DNA of 64,000 nt from Octopus bimaculoides (taxonomy: Eukaryota), in assembly GCF_001194135.2 (NCBI RefSeq), contig NC_068983.1, positions 108,943,053 through 109,007,052 of the forward strand, read 5' to 3'. This document shows positions 12,915 to 25,760 of this stretch, piece by piece. Position 1 is the stretch's first letter. Every line of letters begins with the position of its first letter. The position numbers and the translations under genes were made by a program. The notes under the pieces are model-generated. The model did not search any database. It was not told where the DNA came from and saw only the letters and a program-made list of their open reading frames with translations.

Positions 12915-14189
12915 CGGGGTGTGTTCAAAAAGTATTTGAATTTATGTTTTCCTACCAAAAACTAATGCTATGTGGGAAAAATCCTGTGCATGCATGAACA
13001 TTTTTGTGCTGGAAGGCCACATCAGTTCCCAGCTGTTACACCTAGAATAGAGACATGCAGTGCACACTCGGTTTTTTTTTGCACACAAGATGATTTAACA
13101 CATAAAGCAGAAATATTGCATCATGTTTTGCCAAAAGTTTGGTGATACTCAAGCTCAAAAAGTCCAGAAGATTCAGTAGGTAATGATGCCTGGGCAAAAC
13201 TCAGCTCAAGGAGTGGTTCAAGCATGGCCACATGTCAGTGGAGATTGATGTACACTCAAGCTGGCCACCCACAAGCCAAAATGAGGAGCCAATTCAGAAG
13301 GTTCAGCAAATAGTCATGGAAGACCATTGTGTAACAATCCAGGAAAGTGGGAATAAGTACATAATCAGTGCATTCCATTTCAGTGGAAGAATTGTGTATG
13401 CAAAGAGTGTTGACAAAATTGGTCCCCAAGGTGCTGGTAGAGCAGCAGAAGTAACTTTGCATAGAAATGACTCAGGACATGCTGGACTATGCAAACCATG
13501 ACCTAGACTTCATGAAGACCATCATCACTGATGATGAGACATAGGTTTATGGTTATGACCTGGAAACCAAGTTCTAGTCCTCCCAATTGAAGCACCTGTT
13601 ATCACCAAGGCCAAAAAAGCACAAGTTCACAGCAATGTGAAAGCAATGATTACTTGTTTCTTTCACTCTCGTGGCATTGTGCATTATGAATACACATCAC
13701 TAAACCAAGTAATAAATAAGGAATACTACCTGGAAGTTATATGTCTTTTTCATGATGCTGTGCATCAAAAGTGGTCAGACATATGGATGGCAAAGAATTG
13801 GCAACTTCACGACAACAATGTACCTGCTAGTTCTGCTCACATAATCCAAGCTTTCCTGATCAAGAACAATACACCACCTGTTCAGCAGGCTCCCTACTAT
13901 CTCAACTTGGTGCCATATGTCCTCTGACTCTTCCCCAATTTGAGAACCATGCTGAAAGGGAAGTGATTTGAGTCACAAGAGGAAATTATGAGAAAAGCGA
14001 TGGTGGAGCTCCATTGCATTCTAGACAAGGTGTTCCAGAGGTGTTACCAGCAGTGACAGAACCAGTGGAAGAAGTGCATGAACTCCCAAGGGGAGTATTT
14101 TGAAGGGGAATAAATAAAATTTGTGAAATGTACAAAATTGTTTTTTTTTTTTTATGTCCAAAGGGTGGATGCTTTTTTAACATACCCCA
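12915..14189 (+). mobile_element. Full-length (1275 bp) decayed mariner transposon, irritans-like
   Basis: TA flanks at 12913-14 and 14190-91; imperfect TIRs CGGGGTGTGTTCAAAAAGTA vs revcomp TGGGGTATGTTAAAAAAGCA; motifs LVPKVL (13419, WVPHEL-like), DET*VYGYDLETK (13533), LHDNNVPA and YYLNLVPY (YSPDLAP-like); multiple stops. Confidence 0.92.
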
Positions 14190-15717
14190 TATGTATCAAT
14201 TCATTGTCATTTCAGTGTCTCTTTACCATACTTAGAGGGGTCATGCTAATTAATTATTAATATATGATTATTATCATATACTTAGAGTCTTTAATATCAA
14301 AATAGCTTGATCATTTTAGAAGTTATCTAAATTTTAACAGCCATATTAATTTTAACTATTTGCTATGTATAGTTTTTTAGTTTTACATCTTTTATAGATA
14401 AGAAATACATTTTTGTCACAGAGAGCCTTGGCTACAAATTGGAATCATAATTATTTCATTAATGATATTACATTTGACTGAATACAAATTCTAGCTTTTA
14501 CACTGTTTCTCATTCCACGGGAGTCAATAGAATTAACTTTCTTTTTAGTGCGTCTAGCTTTATGCTTTACATTTACTATCATCTCATCTTCCACTGAATG
14601 TTAATCTATTTGTACTGACAATTTCATATCGATAGCTATGGTGACAATGGTATCAAGTCCCACTTTCTAACTTATTTGATTCCTAAAACCTAGCAATTGA
14701 TTTTGTTGGAAAATAAAAACAATCATGATTCATAAAGTTTTACTGATTTCTTTTCACTATATTCTCAGGCTTCCATTTGTTAAGGTTGACCATGTTTCTA
14801 TGCTTAAAAATATTTTTTGCAATGCTCAGGTCTAGGAAAGGTCTTTTTCATGAAAGACCAGCAATTTGTCTTACAGAAACTTTCTTCTTTCTATGCCACT
14901 AACATTGTTCAACTGAAAAGCAAGCACTAATACAGTTTGGCACCAGTGCCACCATAGATGAACTTAGAACATAATGAAAAACACTGCAAAGTATTTTATC
15001 AAATATCCTAACATCTTTGGGTTGGTAGCCCCAGAATGAAGAAAAGCAAAAATGACATCAATAGAATTTGTATGTAAAGAATTGAATTAATTACTGTAAA
15101 GAATTTTGTTGTTTAAAGCGTAAATAATTCAACCAATCAACCTTTGCCTTTATGCAAAAAGCTATTTTAAGAGTATATTATCTAATTTCACTGTATTAAC
15201 ACACTATATTCCAGAACATTATTATATTGTCTTCAAACCAATGAAAAAAAATGTCAAACATAGTCTTTAGATTTAAGGCATAACCTTATGTGCAACATTG
15301 TTATGCTTTAAAATATAAAAGGAAATTTATGTTATGTTCTCTGATCCCATGATACAAATTTGTCCCAAAAAGGAATGATGATTTCATATTAACTTTGAAG
15401 CATTAGATTATTGGATATAAAACATAAGTTTCAGAAGAACTATACTGAATTGTTGTTTAGGAGACCAGAAAATTTTTGGAAGCCTGAAAATAGTGTTGGC
15501 TCAATTTGTAGAAAATCTCTTACAAGAGTTGTAATGACAATACTTGTACTGTGACTTTTGGAGATCCTGACTATTGGCAGGCTACAATAATATGGCATGC
15601 TTAAGATATTCATAAATACTTTCATTAACATATTTCAAACATTGATGTAAAATACTAATAATTTCTTACATTTTGAATAAATATTTACAGCATAAATTCT
15701 AAAGAAGAGGAAGAATA

Positions 15718-15719
<2 letters not shown>

Positions 15720-15795
<76 letters not shown>
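15720..15795. repeat. (GT)n microsatellite
   Basis: Directly visible. Confidence 0.97.
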
Positions 15796-15797
<2 letters not shown>

Positions 15798-16320
15798 TGT
15801 GTGTGAGTGCTTGTGTCTTTAATCCCACTTTGTGGCATATGGTGCAAGTATCTACCATAGTATCAAGTTGATCTACAGAAACTTGACAAAAATTCTAGAT
15901 GTAGTTGATCTGATAGGCAAAATGCCCATCAGATTGATTACACCCAGAATTTAAAGGGCTGGCCCTTTCACAACCTGTATCACACTGATTCTGCTTGAAG
16001 ATTACATTAAATATATGAGTGTCTGGGAAATATATTCATCCACTTACAGTGAGTGAATTATTCTATTAACTGAATATCTGGAATACCCATTGTCGACAGT
16101 GATGGAAATTCCATTTATTTAATTCAGACACATTTATACATACATATGCATACATGTATTCCCCAACATAGCCTGATATTTAAAAGGAAAAGAGATAGGA
16201 GTAGCAAAAGAGAATTAGAAAATCCAAGATCATTTGAACAGATAAATTCATAGCAGTGTATTTTTAGCTGTCAACTCAACCTATATTCTAAAAAATTGTA
16301 ATCCTCTTAAGATCAACGAA

Positions 16321-16322
<2 letters not shown>

Positions 16323-16415
<93 letters not shown>
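16323..16415. repeat. (GT)n microsatellite
   Basis: Directly visible. Confidence 0.97.
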
Positions 16416-16416
<1 letters not shown>

Positions 16417-16746
16417 TATAAGGAAAATTAAAATATACAAAATGTTTTATTGATTTGGAAATAAAACAAAATTAGCATATCTAAAATTAATTAATTAGTT
16501 CAAAATGGGTAGAAAATTAGTAAACCTGGGCACATATTTTAAATTATTTTATCATCAATGCTCATAAATTTCATTTTATACTTGGCATTTGATCTGTTGA
16601 TGTCATTTAACCTAAATGGAAATGTTCAGTCATATCTTGAAAGCATTTTTCTATCCCTGACTGTGTGGCTATGAAGTATGCTTCCCAACAACATTGTTTT
16701 TGATTTTTCTTTTGCAGGTACCATGAGAAAGTGTTTTCTATCTTAC

Positions 16747-17033
16747 ATTGCATCAAGAAAAGTTTTATTAGAGGCATTTGGAAGACAGAAGCTATGTGAA
16801 AACCTATTGGAGGGAATGTTTCTTTTTTGGTAAGGTAGATTTAATCCATTGTCCAGATTAACAGGCACCATCAGAGAGGTTCCTCTGCTGCAAGTATTAG
16901 CACCAGGTCTCTCTGCACTGAGAATAACTTCCTTCATTTGCTTCATCATATATAAAGCCTGTAAGTGCTCTAAAACAATCTCCTGCCTTCTCCGACAAAA
17001 TGCATGCATCACTAAAATTTGAGAACTACCCAA
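16747..17033 (-). CDS. Candidate internal coding exon of unknown product (LGSSQILVMHAFCRRRQEIVLEHLQALY...TFLDA)
   Basis: 287 nt open frame with CAG acceptor at 17034-36 (weak pyrimidine tract) and GTAAGA donor at 16746-41; phases 0/2 fit the flanking candidate exons. Alternative: decayed transposon, since another frame reads IRPEVENLFGL* (Harbinger-like). Confidence 0.35.
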
Positions 17034-17149
17034 CTGATTTCATTCAAATTTTACACATGCCAAGGTCCATGCAGTGTCATAGGCCAAAAAGATTTTCAAC
17101 TTCTGGCCTAATGCAAGACTGAAGCAATCTCTTATCTCTTACATTATTT

Positions 17150-17810
17150 CAGTATTGATGTTTAAAGTAAAACAATAACATCTCTATTGCAATGTGAGAT
17201 AATACTTTCAGTTTTAAAATTCCTTTTCAAAGAGGGACAAAAATTCAAAATCAAATTTGACTTTACTTGTGCTTCAGAAAACCTGATTTACGTCATAAGA
17301 TGCTTGGGCTGCCACCACAAGTACATAGGGTCCACAGGATTATCACTCGACAGCAGATTGCATTCCCAGAATACAGAATGATACCCTTTAGTGAACATAT
17401 TGAGAAATGTGCAAAACAAATGCTACCACAATTCGTAATCTTTCCATTCTATCAATGTGCCATTGGAACACCAGCACAAATTAGATTGAATAAAGAAACC
17501 TTCTTCATTGAAAAATATAAGCCAAAACTTAACCATTTCTAACATTTTTAAATAAGGAAACTCACCTCATTGAAAAAAATATAAAGCAAAACTTAACCAC
17601 TTGTAACATTCTATTCCTTCTAAATCAAATCATGTTAAATTAATCAAACTTAATCATCCCCAACATTTTTGGTTACCTTCCTGATACCGGAAAACATCCT
17701 TGATTACCTTCCCCTATCTAGAACTCCATATTTTACACCATAGCAAAGACATGATATGTAAAGAAATTTGAGAAATTTGAAAAGTAAATACGAAACCGGT
17801 TATTTCTCCC
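17150..17810 (+). mobile_element. Penelope-like element 3' remnant with GIY-YIG endonuclease
   Basis: FTCASENLIYVIRCLGCHHKYIGSTG (GIY-YIG) continues after a frameshift as FSEHIEKC...IFPFYQC...KETFFIEKYKPKLN; the 3' end is directly repeated at about 17500-17610. Confidence 0.85.
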
Positions 17811-17928
17811 AAAACAATGNNNNNNNNNNNNNNNNNNNNNNNNNNNNNNNNNNNNNNNNNNNNNNNNNNNNNNNNNNNNNNNNNNNNNNNNNNNNNNNNN
17901 NNNNNNNNNNNNNNNNNNNTTATATGCA

Positions 17929-17971
<43 letters not shown>

Positions 17972-18493
17972 GTTTCTCATATCAAAACTATTTCAAATAA
18001 ATATAACATGCTTTCTCGTTGATATCACTTATGACAATGATAAAAAGATATTTGAGTACCTAGCAACTAGTATTTTAACTGGAAACATTTGAAGTAATTT
18101 TTCAAATGTTTACTCTCCAAAACAGATATTTAGTCATGCAATATTATCACAAATAAAAAAATATCTGGAGATTTAATATAAATGTAATACAAAATATAAT
18201 TTTTTTTCCTGTAATACGTATCATCATCATCATCAGTAGCAAATTATCATTATGATTATTATTCATAAATAAGGAAGTTGAAATGAAATGGTTAAAATAA
18301 ATAAATTTATTGTATATATTTTATATCTTGAAAATCATATATACATTTAGAATAAAATATTCCTTTGAACTTTAATTTTTTTTTATTCAGACAGAAAATG
18401 CTTAAAATTCAGATGTATTAAATAAACAGGAAAGTAAAATGTGATCCAACTTCTTTTACTTCTTGTAAATAATTCTTTTGTAATCCTCTTAAA

Positions 18494-18495
<2 letters not shown>

Positions 18496-18529
<34 letters not shown>

Positions 18530-18623
18530 TAATAATAATAATAATAATAATAGTACATCTCCAGTGTTAGAAGCTGTGCAAAGACAATAAACAATAAATA
18601 ATAATAATAATAATAATAATAAT
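18496..18623. repeat. Two (AAT)n tracts separated by about 45 bp of unique sequence
   Basis: Directly visible. Confidence 0.9.
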
Positions 18624-19006
18624 TGTTTGAAAATATTGTAAAAGATATTATCCAGTAAGCATATGCAATTATGTTCTAACTTACTTACTTGGACTTTAGA
18701 AAAGTATGTCATAGAAGTTTATTTCTTAAATATTAATCAAAAACCATTTGAAATTGAATCATACTACAAACTTTATGAAACACGAGAGTAAACTACAAAT
18801 GTATGTACCAGTACTGTAATATTCCATTTACTTTGCTAGCTAGATGGATTAGTTTTCATTTTGTCCTTAGTTTAATGAAGTAATCTGCTTACTTAAATTT
18901 AAACAAATAATTTCCTAACTGTTTTTACTATCATAATTCTTTATTAATTTGTCCTTTTCTTTCTGAAACTGATGTAAGATGATATATGAAATAGCATTTA
19001 ACTTAC

Positions 19007-19074
19007 CACATGATCCCTGATTTTCCTTCTGTCTTTGTGTTCAGATGGTAGCTTGCTTAGTTTTCCCTGTTTAC
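19007..19074 (-). CDS. Candidate 68-nt coding exon ((G)KQGKLSKLPSEHKDRRKIRDHV)
   Basis: AATTCAATTTCAG acceptor (19075-77), GTAAGT donor (19006-01); only one of three frames is open; phase 1 to 0. Confidence 0.4.
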
Positions 19075-20790
19075 CTGAAATTGAATTAAATTTTGTATTT
19101 TTAATTAAATTATTAACAAATATATATTCTACTATCCAAAGTTCAATACAGATATAAATGCATATAAACAAATTCATTTCCTGCAAGAGAAATAAAATTT
19201 CAATTTGATAATTTTATCCATAAACTTTATATAGTTAATTACTATGTGCAAAAACATAGTTAATCAGTTGATATACTTTTAACAGCTATTTCAAAAGTCT
19301 CTTAATAGAAGGTGAGATAGAGATGTAAAAGTTAAAGTTAGGGGAATTTATGGAATATAGTAGGCTACTTGAGGGAACACTACTTTAGCTCCAGATATAT
19401 TCTATTGGAATTAATTTTACAAAGAGGTATATGTAATGTAAAATTGTTGCATTTTAATTTGATCAATTGAAATAACTTAATATACAAATAATTATAGTTT
19501 ATGTATCTGTTTTATTGTAGCAATTCATTTCTGAATAACATTGGCCTCAATACATTTTTTTAGATGCATTCTTAACGGTATAACATTCATGACTTTAACA
19601 TTTGCACACTGTTTTTGCAACTACTGGAAGCATTCCTTATTGTTAATTGCTCTACTATGATAGAAATGTGGAATTCTTTATGGTAAGGTAAAACTGATTC
19701 AAAGACTATTATATAACAAGAACAGTGCTATAAGTAAAATTTCAATGTCAGTGGATTTGCATCTATCATTTGTTTGGGGTGGGAAGGATTCTGAGTTATG
19801 CAGAATGGAGATTTGACAACATCAGCTTTTACAAGATGATTAAAATTATTTTAAAATATTCTTCTTCTCTTCATATGTAGAAATGAATGACAGCTTTTTA
19901 AGAATTTTTAAAATTATTTTCAAAGATCTGTTAGAAATCTAAATGCTAAGGTTAGACTAAGAATTTTAATTCTGAATATTTGATCAAGCAGCATTTAATT
20001 TTATAGAATTAAAGCTTCCTCAGAAACTGGACTCCTAAGAATAATTTGATATATTAGGTCTAGAGCTCTATCAATAATGGCTGAAATATGGTTATGCTGT
20101 TCAAACCACTGAAGTCAAGAAGAAAGGCTGCCAAAACAATAATAATGACATAACCATACACTTACAAGTAGGCAATAAATTGTGAATAATGGAAGTGTGA
20201 ACAATATATTCTAAATAAGGATTGTTTGAGAGAAAATTGATGAGACTGGCGATACAATATCACAGAATATTAATGCTAATGGCTAAATTATAGGTATACA
20301 ACATGATGGACACAAAAGAAGGCTTTCACATTCATTTACTGCTGAGTATAAGCAGAAAACCTTTGAGATATTAGAACAATTTTCTTTCCAATTCAGTGTG
20401 CTATCTGTTATGATATGTAGTTTATAATTTACTATAGATTTTATATTGTAATTGTATAAATCAGAGAAAATATAACAGCATTTTACTTTATTGCTTTCTC
20501 ATATGTTCATTGGTAATAAGAGTTATCATTACATGACTCAGTCATTTGTTACATGTGCTAGCTGTACATTGGATCACGTTCGTTGTTCTGAGTTTCTTCA
20601 TCTTCTATATTTACATTGTACTTTCACATATGCAAAAGTTTAATTTAAGCATAAACTTCACAAAACCATTTATCTTGAACCACCCCTTGAAGAAATAAAG
20701 AAATACATAAAATGGCTATGGACACTGCATCACCATCTAGGGTCAGTAATCAGGTGTATGTGTATATACATTTATTTATTTATACACACA

Positions 20791-21085
20791 CATGTGATTT
20801 AGTGGTTAGGGTATTTGGCTCATGGCTGTAAGGTTGTGAATTTGATATCTGGTGGTGCATTGTGTCCTTGAACAAGACACTTTATTTCACATTGCTTCAG
20901 TCAATTCAGCTGGCAAAATGAAAGTAGTAACTCTCTTTCAAAGGGCCAGCCTTGTCATATTCTGTGTGATGCTGAATCTCCCTGAGAACTACTTTCAGGG
21001 TACTTGTATTTGTGGAGTACTCAGCCACTTACCCACTTACACATTAATTTCAAGAGCAGGCTGCTTTGTTGAACAACTGGAAACT
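20791..21085 (+). mobile_element. tRNA-derived SINE family C
   Basis: TAGTGGTTAGGG A box; central GTGTCCTTGAACAAGACACTTTATTTCACATTGC and TTCAAAGGGCCAGCCTTGTCA shared with other copies. Confidence 0.85.
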
Positions 21086-21117
21086 TTTTTGTCATAACTG
21101 ATGGAGTGCCAGAAGAA

Positions 21118-21157
<40 letters not shown>

Positions 21158-21289
21158 NNNNNNNNNNNNNNNNNNNNNNNNNNNNNNNNNNNNNNNNNNN
21201 NNNNNNNNNNNNNNNNNNNNNNNNNNNNNNNNNNNNNNNNNNNNNNNNNNNNNNNNNNNNNNNNNNNNNNNNATATATATACATACAGT

Positions 21290-21960
21290 CGCCATGATAG
21301 ATCGGTGACCAAAACATTCAATTTTTTTTCTCCGTGTTTTTCTCCTTGTTTTCTCCGTATTCATTCTGTTGAAGAGTGTAGCTCAAAACGTTAAAGACTT
21401 TCTCTATTCCCGAGCGTTAAACTAATACATCCTTTTGTTGTTTACACCACCTGTCCTCGTCTGTTGTTTTTTTCATAAATTCTCCCATATATATATGCTT
21501 ATGTTTGTTTTTATTACGGTTAAATATAAAAACAATTTAAGGTTAAACTGAAGGATTAATCGATACTTTTTGGCAGAGTACATATCAATTAACTTTTATA
21601 AGGAAGAGGCTAACAGTGACTTCGAAACTTGAGCTGATGAAGATGAGTAAGCTAAAACTTCAAAGACACTATCAACTCTTTCCTTGTAAAAGTTAATAAT
21701 AAATAGATAAGTAAATATATACATATATAAGTGAAGGGAACAAGAATTATATAATCAACTTCATTTGCATGTTTATTCGAGTTGAAGTAGAATGTTCTCT
21801 ATGTGGCTTGTGTGTTTTCTCGTCTCTGTTTTGTTTGCAATGTCCTGTACCCAGATATGCACCTATACATACAGGTGGATGTCGGTATGTACATACCTGT
21901 ACGTATATATGCATATACTTATTTACTATTTGTTTTTACATGATTGAATGCAGCGTCTCC
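21290..21960 (+). mobile_element. Penelope-like pseudo-LTR-type repeat fragments
   Basis: TGAAGAG...AAACGT motif at about 21370 recurs inverted at 22950-22980; modules also shared with 39100-39420. Confidence 0.5.
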
Positions 21961-22778
21961 AATTGTAAGTAGTTTTTCGTAACTTCATATTTTCCGATGC
22001 TACTCTATCTCCTTCTCTTTCTCTTCCTCTATCATATTTCCCCCTCTCGTTCTTCCTCTGTTACTACTACGTATCTCTTTTTTCCCCCTCGTACTTCCTC
22101 TCTTTCTCTTTTCCTCTCGTTGCTCACCTATTCTTCTNNNNNNNNNNNNNNNNNNNNNNNNNNNNNNNNNNNNNNNNNNNNNNNNNNNNNNNNNNNNNNN
22201 NNNNNNNNNNNNNNNNNNNNNNNNNNNNNNNNNNNNNNNNNNNNNNNNNNNNNNNNNNNNNNNNNNNNNNNNNNNNNNNNNNNNNNNNNNNNNNNNNNNN
22301 NNNNNNNNNNNNNNNNNNNNNNNNNNNNNNNNNNNNNNNNNNNNNNNNNNNNNNNNNNNNNNNNNNNNNNNNNNNNNNNNNNNNNNNNNNNNNNNNNNNN
22401 NNNNNNNNNNNNNNNNNNNNNNNNNNNNNNNNNNNNNNNNNNNNNNNNNNNNNNNNNNNNNNNNNNNNNNNNNNNNNNNNNNNNNNNNNNNNNNNNNNNN
22501 NNNNNNNNNNNNNNNNNNNNNNNNNNNNNNNNNNNNNNNNNNNNNNNNNNNNNNNNNNNNNNNNNNNNNNNNNNNNNNNNNNNNNNNNNNNNNNNNNNNN
22601 NNNNNNNNNNNNNNNNNNNNNNNNNNNNNNNNNNNNNNNNNNNNNNNNNNNNNNNNNNNNNNNNNNNNNNNNNNNNNNNNNNNNNNNNNNNNNNNNNNNN
22701 NNNNNNNNNNNNNNNNNNNNNNNNNNNNNNNNNNNNNACATACCTGTACGTATATATGCATATACTTATTTACTATTT

Positions 22779-22814
<36 letters not shown>

Positions 22815-22822
22815 ATCTATAT

Positions 22823-22857
<35 letters not shown>

Positions 22858-22879
22858 ATTCAAATTTGCAGAAAACAAA

Positions 22880-23010
22880 AGATGAAGACAGGTGAAAGAA
22901 TAACAAGCGGGTTTATTAATTTAATGCTCGGGAAAAATGGAAAAGTATTTGATGTTTCGAGCCTATGCTCTTCAACAGAAATGACTGAGAGGGGAAAAAA
23001 ACACAGAGAG
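22880..23010 (-). mobile_element. Penelope-like pseudo-LTR-type repeat fragment
   Basis: Revcomp TTCTGTTGAAGAGCATAGGCTCGAAACATC...TTCCCGAGCATTAAA is homologous to 21362-21425. Confidence 0.55.
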
Positions 23011-23823
23011 AGAATGAAAAAACAGAGTGAGGTAATATTTGTGTAGGGACTAATAGTTCGACATGATGAAATGGCCAGAAGAAAGAGGCTGAGTGAAAGG
23101 GACATAATAACAGCGTGTACGGGAGCATGTGTGTGTGTGTGTTTGTGTATGTGTTCAAGTAACCTAGTGCATGCATTGTGTGGAGTAATGTGCGTTTCAT
23201 GTATTTGTGTTTGTGTGTGTGTATATATATGTGTATGTGTGTGGGTATATATGTGTGTGTGTATGTATGTGTATATATATGTGAGCGTATATGTATACAC
23301 ACACACACATGGGTGAATAATGAATCCATATATAAATTACTATTCATAAGCATTCATAGAAAATACAGAGAATATCATCATAATCATTCTTTAACATCCA
23401 TTTTCCATGCTGGCATGTGTTGGACATATATCTGAATATGTATGTTAATACGTATTCAAATATGTGCACATGACTAACCAGCAGAACCTAGGCATAGGAA
23501 GAAAGTAAAAATACGAAGGAGACAGAAAGTGAGAGAATCTAAGTTATTGTGATAAGCTTTAAAAAGAGAATGAAATGGCGTGATGATGTTGTAAATCTGG
23601 CCTTTTTGTCTCTAGCTTGATTGACAACAAATAGGCTCGTGCAATAGCAAGCATATAGTTATATATATGGATCACAACACATGTATACACATACACAGAA
23701 AGTATGTATGTATAAAACATACAGTTATATACATGCCTACACAGATATATAGCCCCCACACACATATATATATACATATATACAAACACACATATACATA
23801 GATACAGATAGACGTATAGAGAC

Positions 23824-23875
<52 letters not shown>

Positions 23876-24469
23876 NNNNNNNNNNATATAGACACACACA
23901 CACACACAAACAATTACAAAAACATACACACATATATATACCTACATATAGAAATATATACATATATATGGACAAAAACTCACACAAATATGTAAACAAT
24001 TCACATACACACACACATACATAAATAACTGAAGGAAACACGAGCTTACACATGCAGGTATAGAACTTACAAAAACGCTTTAATTGTATATCTATATGCT
24101 CATGGATAGTGACATATAACGATGATAGTAATATATACACATATAGTTTTATCAGACATATACAACAATGTACACATGTATATACATAAGTACAGTTATA
24201 TATACATACGCACTCACGCATAGACATATAAGATGATGCACAAGCACCCATCTCTGAGTTTACTGCATCCTATAGCAGAAACAATTGTAAGCTGATGGAG
24301 GTGTTTATGTAATTCCTGTTCCTTTTTCATTTGTTTAATTTCATATCATACTCTATACCTGCTTAATGCTTTACTCTGAAGTATATGCGTACTGAATTGT
24401 AACACTAGGTTATTAGTATTACTCTGCCTATTTGAAATCTTAAAATATATTTATATAGGATGTGGCTTC

Positions 24470-24552
24470 AGATTGATTTGTTTGATGAAAACCTTTGAGG
24501 TGGTGCCCAAGCAGGACCACAGTGCAATGACTGAAACAAGTAAAAGATAGAA
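24470..24552 (+). mobile_element. SINE family A 3' tail fragment
   Basis: GATTTGTTTGA...GCAGGACCACAGTGCAATGACTGAAACAAGTAAAAGATAG. Confidence 0.7.
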
Positions 24553-25665
24553 GATATATATATATATATATATTGTCAATACTTGCATATTAAGAAAGTA
24601 TGCAACTGCTATTTATTTCATTAAAAAATACCCATTCACTTAACATTTTGTCTGTGTGTTCTAACATGTGTTACTATAACCATAAAGCAATAGATTCTAT
24701 TGCTTTGTTTTGCATTTAGCTATCAGACATAAATTTTCATGCTTACCATTCCATCTTAAATATTATCACCATGAACACAACTGAACAGACATTTCACAAA
24801 ATTTTATTGATAATCACATGTATTATTTGAATGATGTGAGATTGTATGAAAAATATACTGCAAGCATCAAGCTATTTGTTAATATTCTTATTCCTGAAAT
24901 ATTACATAGACACCACACCAGTCCTGAAATATAACAATTCGTAATCCTTTTAGTCTACCAATGTCAGGGGAATTAACTCAGCTTTTCTAAAACAATCATT
25001 CATAATTTCTTGTGCATGTCAGTATATAACTTTGAAAGAAAAAAAAATAACACAAAGCTATACTAGCAATGTTAATTTCAAGAGATTAAAATAGGATCTT
25101 TTTCTTTTCTTTCTTATTTGTATGTATTTAAAAAAAAAAAAAGACTTTAAAAAAATGTTGCAAAAATTAAGTCAACAAGTGTATAAAATGATAAGGTATA
25201 AATGTAATAATTTCAACTTCTCACATTCAAATAACCAGTATTCTTTTCAGAATCACATCATTTTAAAATGTAATTAAGGGATCAAAATGAACAATATATA
25301 TTAATAACTCAGAAAAAAAAAAAAAATGCAGTCATATCAAAAGTCTTAATCTTAAATTCCTTCTATTTTCTATGGTTCATATTTGGTTTGGTAAATGGTT
25401 TAGCAGCTTTCTGGCCATGTCTAGGCTTTGTTTTCAAAGATATAGACTGTTATATTCACCCTAGCATTTGGCCACACTCATTTTATTAACTAAAGAAGGA
25501 AAAAAGACAAAGATAACCAGGATGAGATATGATTTCAGAATGTAGAAAGACCACAAAAAATTTTAGAGATTATTAATGTATCATCTACCAAACTATAAAC
25601 GAGTTTTTTTGCATATATTATCTCAAAAACTTCTATGACACAATGTAAATCAAAAGATTTTATGC

Positions 25666-25760
25666 TGCTGCCACCACCGCTGCCGCTGCCACCACCATCA
25701 CCATCACTACTGCCACCACTACAACTGACAACGATGACAACCATATCATCATCACCATTG
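25666..25760. repeat. Mixed (GCC/CAC/CAT)n trinucleotide low-complexity tract
   Basis: Directly visible; explains the poly-Pro and poly-Gly ORFs. Confidence 0.85.

Noticed and set aside
16719-19682. Plus-strand acceptor/donor pairs at about 16719-16830 and 19564-19682
   Set aside because: Frames contain stops or give no continuous ORF; such signals arise by chance in AT-rich DNA. An antisense lncRNA cannot be excluded without RNA data
20296-20400. KRRLSHSFTAEYKQKTFEILEQ, loosely like a pogo/Brinker HTH
   Set aside because: Too short, with no supporting TIRs or DDE region
21891-22785. 43-bp sequence duplicated on both sides of a gap (21891 and 22738)
   Set aside because: May be scaffold overlap or a repeat copy; cannot be resolved across Ns
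24742-24782. Possible 34-nt minus exon with GTAAGC donor
   Set aside because: Phase is incompatible with the other candidate exons and the acceptor is weak
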